A stretch of DNA of 64,000 nucleotides from Pseudomonas sp. (lineage in GTDB: Bacteria > Pseudomonadota > Gammaproteobacteria > Pseudomonadales > Pseudomonadaceae): assembly GCF_050282285.1 (NCBI RefSeq), contig NZ_JBLZZJ010000013.1. One strand, written 5' to 3'. Under the pieces are notes generated by a model, which was not told the origin of the DNA, did no database searches, and saw only the letters and a program-made list of their open reading frames with translations. How positions within the stretch are numbered: position 1 is the stretch's first letter; every line of letters begins with the position of its first letter. Made by a program: the position numbers and the translations under genes. Below are positions 25,674-34,196 of the stretch, in pieces.

Positions 25674-26459
25674 ATGAGTTCTGCACTTTGGGTCAGCAAG
25701 ACCGGCCTCGCAGCCCAGGACAAGGCCATGTCGGCCGTGGCCAACAACCTGGCCAACGTCAACACCACCGGCTTCAAGAGCGACCGCGTGGTGTTCGAGG
25801 ACCTGTTCTATTCCATCGAGCTGCAGCCGGGCGCCCAGGCCGACCTGGTCAACACCGTGCCGTCGGGCATCCAGCTCGGCAGCGGTGTGCGTGTGGCCGG
25901 CACCCAGAAGATCTTCACCGAAGGCGCCATGCAGCCCACCGGGCAGCCCATGGACCTGGCCATCGTCGGCCAGGGCTTCTTCCAGGTGGAATCCGCCGCG
26001 GGTGAAATCTTCTTCACCGAGAGTGGCCAGCTGCAACCCAACGCCGAAGGCGTGCTGGTGAATGCCCAGGGCCTGCCGCTGGTGCCGGCCATTGAAGTGC
26101 CGGCCGGCAGCCGTGGCTTCACCGTGGGCAGCGACGGCATCGTCACCGCCGTACTGCCGGGCGACACCGTGCCGGTGGAGCTGGGGCAGATCACCCTGGC
26201 CAACTTCGTCAATCCGGCCGGCCTCGAAGCCATGGGCGGCAACCTGTACCGCGAGACCGTGGCCAGCGGCGAGCCGGTCGAAGGCGTACCGGGCGAAGAA
26301 GGCCTGGGCACCATCAAGCAGGGCGTGCTGGAAGGCTCCAACGTGCAGGTGGTCGAGGCCATGGTCAACATGATCTCCATCCAGCGCGCCTACGAGGCCA
26401 ACGCCAAGGTGCTGGACGCCTCCTCCGGGATGCTGCAATTCCTCAACCAGACCGTGTGA
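25674..26459 (+). CDS. flgG: FlgG distal rod protein
   Basis: 261 aa; N-terminus MSSALWVSKTGLAAQDKAMSAVANNLANVNTTGFK and C-terminus ...LEGSNVQVVEAMVNMISIQRAYEANAKVL. Confidence 0.96.
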   Translation: MSSALWVSKTGLAAQDKAMSAVANNLANVNTTGFKSDRVVFEDLFYSIELQPGAQADLVNTVPSGIQLGSGVRVAGTQKIFTEGAMQPTGQPMDLAIVGQGFFQVESAAGEIFFTESGQLQPNAEGVLVNAQGLPLVPAIEVPAGSRGFTVGSDGIVTAVLPGDTVPVELGQITLANFVNPAGLEAMGGNLYRETVASGEPVEGVPGEEGLGTIKQGVLEGSNVQVVEAMVNMISIQRAYEANAKVLDASSGMLQFLNQTV

Positions 26460-27127
26460 TCGCCATGACGCGCCTTTTTCCGCTCCTGCTGGTGCTGCTG
26501 CTCGGGGGTTGCGCCAGCTTCAACGAGATGCTGCCCGACGAGGACTCCAGCGAGTACCAGCCGCTGGAGCTGGACTACAGCTTGCCGCCGACCTCCAGCG
26601 GCGGCCTGTACCGTTCCGGCTACGGCGGCTCGCTGCTGCGGGATCAGCGCGCGGTGCGGGTTGGCGACATCCTGACCATCGTGCTCGACGAGTCCACCCA
26701 GTCGAGCAAGAGCGCCGGCACCAGCTTCGGCAAGTCGTCGAGCCTGTCGGTGCCGGTGCCCACGGTGCTGGGCAGCACCTATTCGGACCTGGAAACATCG
26801 GCCTCGGCCGATCGCGATTTCAACGGCTCGGCGCGCAGCTCGCAGCAGAACACCCTGCGCGGCGCCATCGCCGTGACCGTGCACAAGGTGCTGCCCAACG
26901 GCACCCTGATGGTGAAAGGCGAAAAGGCCCTGCGCCTCAACCAGGGTGATGAATACATCCGCCTCACCGGGCTGGTACGCCTGGACGACATCACCCGCAA
27001 CAACCAGGTGTCGTCGCAGAACGTCGCCAACGCGCGTATCTCCTATGCCGGACGCGGGGTGCTGAACGACAGCAACTCGGCCGGCTGGCTGACACGCTTT
27101 TTCACTCACTCGTTGTTTCCCCTGTAA
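26456..27127 (+). CDS. flgH: FlgH L-ring lipoprotein
   Basis: It has a lipobox (LLLGGC) and the FlgH core (VGDILTIVLDESTQSSKSA...ISYAGRG). The start is either GTG 26456 or ATG 26465. Confidence 0.93.
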   Translation: MIAMTRLFPLLLVLLLGGCASFNEMLPDEDSSEYQPLELDYSLPPTSSGGLYRSGYGGSLLRDQRAVRVGDILTIVLDESTQSSKSAGTSFGKSSSLSVPVPTVLGSTYSDLETSASADRDFNGSARSSQQNTLRGAIAVTVHKVLPNGTLMVKGEKALRLNQGDEYIRLTGLVRLDDITRNNQVSSQNVANARISYAGRGVLNDSNSAGWLTRFFTHSLFPL

Positions 27128-27142
27128 GTGGAGCGTGACGGC

Positions 27143-28246
27143 ATGCGCCCGTTTTCGACGTTTCTCGCCTTCGCCGGTCTGCTGATTGTCCAGGGCGTGG
27201 CCCATGCCGTGCCGATGATGGACCTGGTGGATATCGAAGGCATCCGTGGCAACCAGTTGATCGGCTACGGCCTGGTGGTCGGCCTGGACGGCACCGGTGA
27301 CAAGAACCAGGTGAAGTTCACCAGTCAGTCGGTCACCAATATGATCAAGCAGTTCGGCGTGAACCTGCCGCCGAACGTCGACCCCAAGCTGAAGAACGTC
27401 GCGGCCGTGACGGTGACCGCCGAGATCCCGCCGTCCTACAGCCCTGGCCAGACCGTGGACATCACGGTGTCCTCCCTGGGTGATGCCAAGAGCCTGCGCG
27501 GCGGCCAGTTGCTGATGACCCCGCTGATGGGCGTGGACGGTGAAGTCTATGCCCTGGCCCAGGGCGCCCTGGTGGTCGGCGGCCTGAATGCCGAAGGCCG
27601 CAGCGGCTCCAGTGTGGCGATCAACACCTCCAACAGTGGCCGCATCCCCAATGGCGCCACGGTGGAGCGGATGATCCCCAGTGATTTCTCCGAGCGCGAC
27701 GAGGTCATGCTCAACATCCGCCAGCCGAGTTTCCAGACCGCCAGCCGCGTGGTGGATGCGGTCAACGCGCGCTTCGGCAGCGGCACCGCCACCGCGCTCA
27801 ACGCGACCAAGGTGTCGCTGCGCGCCCCGGTGTCCAGCAACCAGCGCATCAGCTTCATGGCCATGCTCGAAGCGGTGGAAGTGGAAGAAGGCCGCACGCG
27901 GCCCAAGGTGGTGTTCAACAGCCGTACCGGCACGGTGGTGGTGGGTGAGGGCGTGCGAGTCAAGGCGGCGGCCGTGGCCCATGGCACCCTGACCGTGACC
28001 ATCAGCGAGAACCCCCAGGTCAGCCAGCCCGGGGCCTTCTCCGGTGGGCAGACCGCCGTGGTGCCGCGCTCCGACGTAGACGTCACCCAGGAAGCCAACG
28101 GCATGTTCAAGTGGCCCGAAGGCGCCAGCCTGGAAAGCATCATCAACACCGTCAACAGCCTGGGCGCCACCCCGGACGACGTCATGAGCATCCTTCAATC
28201 CCTGGAACAGGCCGGCGCCCTCAACGCCGAGCTGATCGTCATCTAA
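27143..28246 (+). CDS. flgI: FlgI P-ring protein
   Basis: ORF 27128..28246 trimmed to the ATG at 27143, 9 nt after GGAG. It has a signal peptide ([22 protein letters not shown]) and the FlgI core ([21 protein letters not shown]). Confidence 0.95.
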   Translation: MRPFSTFLAFAGLLIVQGVAHAVPMMDLVDIEGIRGNQLIGYGLVVGLDGTGDKNQVKFTSQSVTNMIKQFGVNLPPNVDPKLKNVAAVTVTAEIPPSYSPGQTVDITVSSLGDAKSLRGGQLLMTPLMGVDGEVYALAQGALVVGGLNAEGRSGSSVAINTSNSGRIPNGATVERMIPSDFSERDEVMLNIRQPSFQTASRVVDAVNARFGSGTATALNATKVSLRAPVSSNQRISFMAMLEAVEVEEGRTRPKVVFNSRTGTVVVGEGVRVKAAAVAHGTLTVTISENPQVSQPGAFSGGQTAVVPRSDVDVTQEANGMFKWPEGASLESIINTVNSLGATPDDVMSILQSLEQAGALNAELIVI

Positions 28247-28259
28247 GCGCAGGCCTTCC

Positions 28260-29450
28260 ATGAGTATCGTTTCCCTCGCCCAGCACCTGAACACCCACCG
28301 CGGCGCCGCCGACGGCATCGGCCCCAACCGCCGCGAGCAGCTGGAAGTCGCCGCCGAGCAGTTCGAGGCGCTGTTCCTGCAACAGATCCTCAAGCAGATG
28401 CGCAAGGCCAGCGACGTGCTGTCGGCCGACAACCCGATGCGCAGCCGCGAGCTGGACACCATGCGCGACTTCTACGACGAAGTGCTGGCCGAGACCCTGG
28501 CGGGCAAGAAGCAGACCGGCATCGCCGACCTGCTGGTCAAGCAGCTGTCCGGTGCCAGCGGCGAGGCGGTGGACTTCGAACAGGCCGCTGCCGCCGCCCG
28601 CAACGCCGACCTACCGGAGCGTTCGCCGAGCCTGCTCGACCCGCTGCGCAACACCTGGCAGCGCGGCGTCGACACCCTGAGCAGCGCCTGGCAGCGCAGC
28701 TCGGAAGGGTTCATCGCCCTGGTCGACCGGGTCATCCAGCAGGAGTCCGGTGGCCGCGTGGACGCCGTGTCGCCCAAGGGCGCCCGGGGCATCATGCAAC
28801 TGATGCCGGATACCGCCCGGGAAATGGCCGCCGAGCTGGGCCTGGAGTTCAGCGAAGCGCGGCTGACCAGCGACGCCAGCTACAACAAGCAACTGGGCAG
28901 CGCCTACCTGGGCAAGATGCTCGACCGCTACGACGGCGAGCATGCCCTGGCCCTGGCTGCCTACAACGCCGGCCCCGGCCGGGTGGACGAATGGCTGCAG
29001 CGCAACGGCGACCCGCGCCGTGGCGAGATCAGCGTGGGCGCGTGGATCCAGCGCATTCCGTTCCAGGAAACCCGCGACTACACCCACAAGATCCTCAGCG
29101 ACCTGCAGGCTTCCGCCGCACCTGTGGATAAAACGCCGGCGTCACCGCCGCAGGGCGACGTCAGCCCGCTGTCGGGGCAGACCCAGGCCCAGCTCGGCAC
29201 CGCGGTCGGGGCCGACCAGGGCCTGGTGCTCGGCAGCGCCGCCAGCAAACGCCTGGACACCGCTGCCCCGGCGCGCACGCTGCCGGCCGAGGCGCCGCTG
29301 TCGGCACAGATCCACCGATTTAAGTTACCGGCCGATTACGTCGCCTTACCGGAGAGAACAGCCCATTCGGTGGCGGACGCAGGTCATCAATCCCGCTCCG
29401 CCGCATTTGCTCAATCGATCCGCATTGAGCGCAAGGAGATTGACGCGTGA
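28260..29450 (+). CDS. flgJ: FlgJ rod-cap protein fused to an SLT (GH23-type) lytic transglycosylase domain
   Basis: The N-terminal rod-binding motif is AAEQFEALFLQQILKQMRKAS. The central SLT motifs are VIQQES(E162)GG...ARGIMQLMPDTA...AYNAGPGRV. A tail of about 130 aa, rich in P/A/Q, follows. Confidence 0.85.
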   Translation: MSIVSLAQHLNTHRGAADGIGPNRREQLEVAAEQFEALFLQQILKQMRKASDVLSADNPMRSRELDTMRDFYDEVLAETLAGKKQTGIADLLVKQLSGASGEAVDFEQAAAAARNADLPERSPSLLDPLRNTWQRGVDTLSSAWQRSSEGFIALVDRVIQQESGGRVDAVSPKGARGIMQLMPDTAREMAAELGLEFSEARLTSDASYNKQLGSAYLGKMLDRYDGEHALALAAYNAGPGRVDEWLQRNGDPRRGEISVGAWIQRIPFQETRDYTHKILSDLQASAAPVDKTPASPPQGDVSPLSGQTQAQLGTAVGADQGLVLGSAASKRLDTAAPARTLPAEAPLSAQIHRFKLPADYVALPERTAHSVADAGHQSRSAAFAQSIRIERKEIDA

Positions 29451-30814
29451 GCACCCTCAACCAGATCGCTTTCAGCGGCGTACGCGCGGCCCAGGTGGCG
29501 CTGTCCACCACCGGGCAGAACATCGCCAACGTCAACACGCCCGGTTTCAGCCGCCTGCACACGGTGATGAGCTCGCTGTCGGGCCAGGGCGGGCTGAACG
29601 TCGGTGGCGGTGTGGAAGTCACCAGCATCCGTCGGCTCTCCAACGACTTCCAGACCCAGCAGCTGTGGCGTGCCACCACCGAGCAGAACTACTACAGCAA
29701 CTCGCAGCAGTACCTGACCTCCCTCGAAGGCCTGATGTCCGGCGACGGCTCGAGCATCAGCGTCGGCCTTGACCGCTTCTTCGCCGCGCTCAGCGAAGCC
29801 AGCGCCACGCCGGGTTCGGTCGCCCTGCGCCAGCAGATCATCAGCGAGACGCGCAACCTCAGCCAGCGCTTCAACGGCCTGAACAGCAACATCGACGCGC
29901 AGATCAACGCCTTGCACGACCAGCGCACGGCCATGGGCAGCGAGATCAACGGCCTGACCGAGAACATCGCGCTGCTCAACAAGAAGATCGTCGAAGCCCA
30001 GTCCATCGGCGGCGACACCTCGGCCCTGCGCGACCACCGTGAAAGCCTGGTCAACGACCTCAGCAAGTACGCCAAGCTGCGGGTCAACGAAGTGCCGGAC
30101 GGCTCGCTCAGCGTCGCCCTGGCCAACGGCCAGCCGCTGGTGGCCGGCGCCACCGCCGGGCGCCTGCAGATCACCAAGACCCCGACCGGCGAGCAGGAAG
30201 TCGCACTGTCCTTCGCCGGCACCAGCTTCCCGCTCAAGCAGGACGGTTTCGGCGGCGCCTTCGGTGGCCTGTACGACGTGGAGTACGGCAGCCTGCGCAC
30301 CTCCCAGGACGCCCTGCACGACATGGCCGGCCAGCTGGCGCAGATGATCAACGACACCCTGGCCACCGGTTTCGACCTCAACGGCAACCCGGGCCAGCCG
30401 CTGCTCACCTACAACGCCACCAGCACCACCGCCATGCTCACCCTCAACGACATCACGCCGGAAGAGCTGGCGCTGTCCTCGGCGGCGGGTGAGAGCGGCA
30501 ACAACGAGGTGCTGCTGGAACTGCTGCTGCTCAAGGGCCAGACCATCACCGTGAATGGCAGCCAGGTGACCCTGAACGACGCCTTTGCCGGGATGCTCGG
30601 CCAGGTCGCCAGCGCCAGCCGGCAGAACCAGGCCGACCTCAAGTCCGCCACCGCCGTGACCCAGCAGGCCCAGGCCCAGCGCGACAGCGTCAGCGCCGTG
30701 AGCCTGGATGAAGAAGCGGTCAACCTGATGACCTACCAGCAGGCCTACACCGCCAACATGAAAGTCATCAGCACCGCCAACCAGTTGTTCGACGAGATGC
30801 TCGCGTCCTTCTGA
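29447..30814 (+). CDS. flgK: FlgK hook-filament junction protein (HAP1)
   Basis: 455 aa. The GTG start overlaps the flgJ stop. N-terminus FSGVRAAQVALSTTGQNIANVNTPGFSR and C-terminus SLDEEAVNLMTYQQAYTANMKVISTANQLFDEML. Confidence 0.94.
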   Translation: MSTLNQIAFSGVRAAQVALSTTGQNIANVNTPGFSRLHTVMSSLSGQGGLNVGGGVEVTSIRRLSNDFQTQQLWRATTEQNYYSNSQQYLTSLEGLMSGDGSSISVGLDRFFAALSEASATPGSVALRQQIISETRNLSQRFNGLNSNIDAQINALHDQRTAMGSEINGLTENIALLNKKIVEAQSIGGDTSALRDHRESLVNDLSKYAKLRVNEVPDGSLSVALANGQPLVAGATAGRLQITKTPTGEQEVALSFAGTSFPLKQDGFGGAFGGLYDVEYGSLRTSQDALHDMAGQLAQMINDTLATGFDLNGNPGQPLLTYNATSTTAMLTLNDITPEELALSSAAGESGNNEVLLELLLLKGQTITVNGSQVTLNDAFAGMLGQVASASRQNQADLKSATAVTQQAQAQRDSVSAVSLDEEAVNLMTYQQAYTANMKVISTANQLFDEMLASF

Positions 30815-30847
30815 ATGCCGCGCCGTTAACCAGCCGAGAATCGACCC

Positions 30848-31762
30848 ATGCGGATTACCAACGCGCAGACCACCGCCCTGATGCACAACTCGATGAACAG
30901 CAGCTCTGCGCAGGTGGCCAAGCTGATGCAGCAGATGGCGCTGAACAAACGCATCCTGCTGCCCTCGGACGACCCGATCGCCAGCGTGCGGGTGCTGCGC
31001 ATCCAGCGCGAGGAAGCGAGCCTGGAGCAGTACCGCACCAACATCGCCAACGTTTCCGGCAACCTCTCGACCCAGGAAGCCAACCTGCAATCCACCTCGG
31101 ACGCCATGCTCAATGTGCGCGACCTGTTGCTGTGGGCGGCCAACGGTTCGAACACCAGCGAAGACCTGGCGGCCATTGCCGGTGAGCTGGAGAACATCGA
31201 GAAGACCATCCTCAGCTTCGCCAACGTGCGTGACGAAGAAGGCCGCTACCTGTTTTCCGGCACCCTCAGCGATGTGCCCTCGGTGACCTACGATGCCGGC
31301 ACCGACACCTACGTGATGACCGGTAACGCCAAGCACCGCCAGGCCGCTGTGGCCAACGGCGTGCTGGTGGCCGAGAACATCACCGCCCTGGAAGTATTCG
31401 GCCCGAACATGGACATGCTCAACGACCTGCACGGTCTGGTCGCCATGCTCAAGGACCCGGCGCTGGATGCCACCGATCCTGCCGTGCGCCAGCAGATCAC
31501 CGACACCCTGAACCAGCTCGATGCCACCCACAGCGGCGTGCTGGGTGCGATCACCGAACTGGGCGGCCGGCAGAACACCCTGAGCCTGCTCAACGACAGC
31601 AACGAGGAGGTCTCCCTGGTCAACCAGAAGATCGACGGCGAGCTGTCCAAGCTCGACTACGCCGGTGCCACCATCGACCTCAACAACTACCAGCTCTCGC
31701 TGCAGGCGACCCAGAAGACCTACCTCCGGGTCAACGAGCTGTCGCTGTTCAGCCTGCTGTAA
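30848..31762 (+). CDS. flgL: FlgL hook-filament junction protein (HAP3)
   Basis: 304 aa; contains MRITNAQTT...ILLPSDDPIASVRVLRIQRE and a flagellin-like C-terminus. Confidence 0.92.
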   Translation: MRITNAQTTALMHNSMNSSSAQVAKLMQQMALNKRILLPSDDPIASVRVLRIQREEASLEQYRTNIANVSGNLSTQEANLQSTSDAMLNVRDLLLWAANGSNTSEDLAAIAGELENIEKTILSFANVRDEEGRYLFSGTLSDVPSVTYDAGTDTYVMTGNAKHRQAAVANGVLVAENITALEVFGPNMDMLNDLHGLVAMLKDPALDATDPAVRQQITDTLNQLDATHSGVLGAITELGGRQNTLSLLNDSNEEVSLVNQKIDGELSKLDYAGATIDLNNYQLSLQATQKTYLRVNELSLFSLL

Positions 31763-31780
31763 GTCGCTGGGGGCCGCGCC

Positions 31781-32824
31781 ATGAAGATCGACAAGCAGCT
31801 ACCGGTCACGACCATTCTCGATCCGCGCGCGCGCGATCAGGCGCAGCTTCCGGATTCGCCCCTCGTGCCGCGCCGGGCCACTCCGCCGCGTGCCAGCGAA
31901 TCGGCCGCCGGCACCGAGCGCCTGCTGGGCAAGGGCGCGGGTTTCAGCCTGCAACTGAACCAGCAGCTGTCGTCCATGCAGTCCGCCGAGCGCTACCTCA
32001 GCGAGCTGTCGGACCAGCTGTCGGCGCTCAAGCTCAACCTCAGCCGGCAGATCAGCTCGCCGCAGACGGTCAACGAGCGCGAGAGCATCGCCCGCTCCCT
32101 GCAGCAGGTGAACAGCCTGCTGGAGCAGCGCGCCAAGCGCTCCGGCGAATCGCTGGACGCCACCTTCAAGCTGCGCCTCAACGAGCCGCTGCGCAGCCGC
32201 TTCAGCCTGCAGGGCCTGGAGTCCATCGAAACGGTCCAGCGCTCGGGCAAGGAAACCCTGCTGCTCAGCGCCGGGCGCTACCTGGCCGAGCCGCTGGCCG
32301 TGGTGCTGGATGACGGCATGAGCAGCGAGCAGGTGCTGCGCCGCTTCAACAGCAGCCTGGGCCAGGCCGGCATGCGCGCCGAACTGGACCAGGACGGCGC
32401 CCTGAAATTCTCCGCCCCCGAAGGGGACTGGCAGACCATCAAGGGCCAGCTGCGGGTCCAGGGTGAGGGCAAGCTGTTCAGCAAAGTCGCCGCGCCGCTG
32501 GCCAGTCACGACGATGGCTTGCTCGAGTTTCCTACCGAGCTGGGCCAGGACACCTTCCGCGAACTGCGCCAGCTGCTCGATTCGGTGGTCTCGGCCCTGG
32601 ACCGCGTGGGCGCCCTGCGCGAACAGCTCAGCCAGCGCCAGGCCGACGTGCGCGAATTCCTCGCCCGCCAGGAAAGCCTGGACGAAAAGCAGTGGGCGCT
32701 GGGCTTCGCCTCCTCGGTGTTCGATGCGCGTGGACGCAAGTCCTCCGGTTACTCGGTGGTGTCGCAAACGGTGCTGGCCCAGGCCAACCTCACCCGTTTT
32801 GCGGTGGTCAGCCTGCTGTCGTGA
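31781..32824 (+). CDS. Flagellin/HAP-terminus-like protein of unknown role (LafW-like)
   Basis: 347 aa. It has N-terminal heptad helices (LQLNQQLSSMQSAERYLSELSDQLSALKLNLSRQI) and a C-terminus (SVVSQTVLAQANLTRFAVVSLLS) that resemble flagellin-superfamily termini. It follows flgL directly. Confidence 0.55.
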   Translation: MKIDKQLPVTTILDPRARDQAQLPDSPLVPRRATPPRASESAAGTERLLGKGAGFSLQLNQQLSSMQSAERYLSELSDQLSALKLNLSRQISSPQTVNERESIARSLQQVNSLLEQRAKRSGESLDATFKLRLNEPLRSRFSLQGLESIETVQRSGKETLLLSAGRYLAEPLAVVLDDGMSSEQVLRRFNSSLGQAGMRAELDQDGALKFSAPEGDWQTIKGQLRVQGEGKLFSKVAAPLASHDDGLLEFPTELGQDTFRELRQLLDSVVSALDRVGALREQLSQRQADVREFLARQESLDEKQWALGFASSVFDARGRKSSGYSVVSQTVLAQANLTRFAVVSLLS

Positions 32825-33146
32825 CGGCAGCTCGCTCGCGCCGTTTCTCGCTCCCGCGGCATTTCACCACGGCGCCAAGTGTTTTCGCGGTCACAGTTCG
32901 ATGAGGCTCCCGATCATGAATGGATGCGGTTCGGGTTATCCTGCGCCCAAGCCCGAAGGCCCACGCTGGGGTCGACAGCAACACCCCGGATGCCTTCATA
33001 ATGTCGCCAGCATGGTGGCACTGTGCCTTTATGCGATTATTGGGCTGTGTGCAGGCATCAGGAGACTATGCAACGATCTTGCGTTTGTATGGGTCTCAAG
33101 GAACGATGCGATCGGCCCCGTGACGGGGCAATGGCGGGGGAATTCC

Positions 33147-33485
33147 ATGGTTTATGTACAGCGTGACGAGCACGGACGCCTGCTTCGGGTCGAGTATCAG
33201 CCGTTCGACGGCATGACCGACAACCTGGCAGTGGAAAGCGACGAACTGAAAGCCTGGCTCAACGCCAAGGAAGAAGTGCGCGCGCGGCTGGCCAGCCTGC
33301 ACAGTTCGGACCTCGAACTGGTGCGCGTATTGGAAGACGTGGTCAGCGTCCTGGTCGAACGGGGCATCATCCAATACACCGACCTGCCCGAGGCCGCGCG
33401 GATCAAGCTCGATCAGCGTGCCGTCGCGCGCGCCGAGATCGAAGGCCTGAGCAGCATCCTCAGCGGTGAGCCGCCAGACGCCTGA
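33147..33485 (+). CDS. Small conserved hypothetical protein
   Basis: This is the last 112 codons of track ORF 32463..33485, starting at the ATG at 33147 (MVYVQRDEHGRLLRVEYQPFDGM...). A strong terminator follows it. Confidence 0.6.
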   Translation: MVYVQRDEHGRLLRVEYQPFDGMTDNLAVESDELKAWLNAKEEVRARLASLHSSDLELVRVLEDVVSVLVERGIIQYTDLPEAARIKLDQRAVARAEIEGLSSILSGEPPDA

Positions 33486-33511
33486 ATCCAGGCGTGACAG
33501 GTACGAATGAA

Positions 33512-33542
33512 GAGGCCCCGGGTGCGAACCCGGGGCCTTTTT
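33512..33542 (+). terminator. Rho-independent terminator
   Basis: aggccccggg-tgcgaa-cccggggcct followed by ttttt. Confidence 0.85.
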
Positions 33543-33770
33543 CGTTGCGCTGTGGGCGCGGCAGACTGCCGAGTCATTTAGACTTTGAATTAGTCTTCAT
33601 GACATGAATTCAGTGCGAGTCATTGCGACTATGAATCTATAGGTAGTTGATTTCAATGATATTTATTGTTGGCACAGTTCCTGAAATACCTACTGCAGAT
33701 ACCCGTCGGCGTCGAGCGACCCCAATCGTCCAGCCGGCCACCTTTTCTCATCTGCTTTAGGAACCGACCG

Positions 33771-34190
33771 ATGCAAGCAATCAACAGCAAAGTCCTGCAG
33801 GCCCTGGAGAACGTCATGGTGATTTCCACCACCGACCTTCAAGGCAACATCACCTACGTCAACGACCTGTTCTGCACGCTCACCGGCTACACCCGCGAAG
33901 AGCTGCTCGGCCAGCCCCACAGCCTGGTGCGCCACGCGGCCGTGCCCAAGGCCACCTACAAGCAGATGTGGGACACCATCAAGAAAGGTGAAATCTGGAC
34001 CGGCGTGATCCCCAACGTTGGCAAGAACGGCGGCCTGTACGTGGTCGATACCACCGTGCAGCCGGTGTTCGACGAGCAGGGCACCATCGTCGAGTACATC
34101 AGCATCCGCCGGGTCATCAATGACCTGATGGCCGACTTCGAAGCCCTGGAGTTCTCCAAGGAGCAATTCGACGACTACTACGACAGGTAA
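33771..34190 (+). CDS. Stand-alone PAS-domain protein (Aer-type PAS)
   Basis: 139 aa counted from the ATG at 33771, 8 nt after AGGA. PAS motifs are present (NITYVNDLFCTLTGYTREELLGQPHSLVRHAAVPKATYKQMWDTIKKGEIWTGVI...GGLYVVDTTVQPV). Confidence 0.8.
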   Translation: MQAINSKVLQALENVMVISTTDLQGNITYVNDLFCTLTGYTREELLGQPHSLVRHAAVPKATYKQMWDTIKKGEIWTGVIPNVGKNGGLYVVDTTVQPVFDEQGTIVEYISIRRVINDLMADFEALEFSKEQFDDYYDR

Positions 34191-34196
34191 GCAGCC

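Noticed and set aside
23573-31531. Very long minus-strand ORFs: 23573..25519, 25644..26438, 26390..28462 and 29411..31531.
   Set aside because: All are antisense to clearly identified flgE-flgL genes. Their translations are repetitive (G/A/V/H/Q/R) and carry no motifs.
32463-33146. N-terminal 228 codons of the 340-aa ORF 32463..33485.
   Set aside because: This part overlaps the end of the LafW-like gene in another frame, and its composition is R/P/A/C-rich nonsense. Only the last 112 codons, from ATG 33147, look coding.
33676-33692. TGGCACagttcCTGA upstream of the PAS gene considered as a sigma-54 promoter.
   Set aside because: The -12 element lacks the invariant GC (CTGA instead of TTGC).
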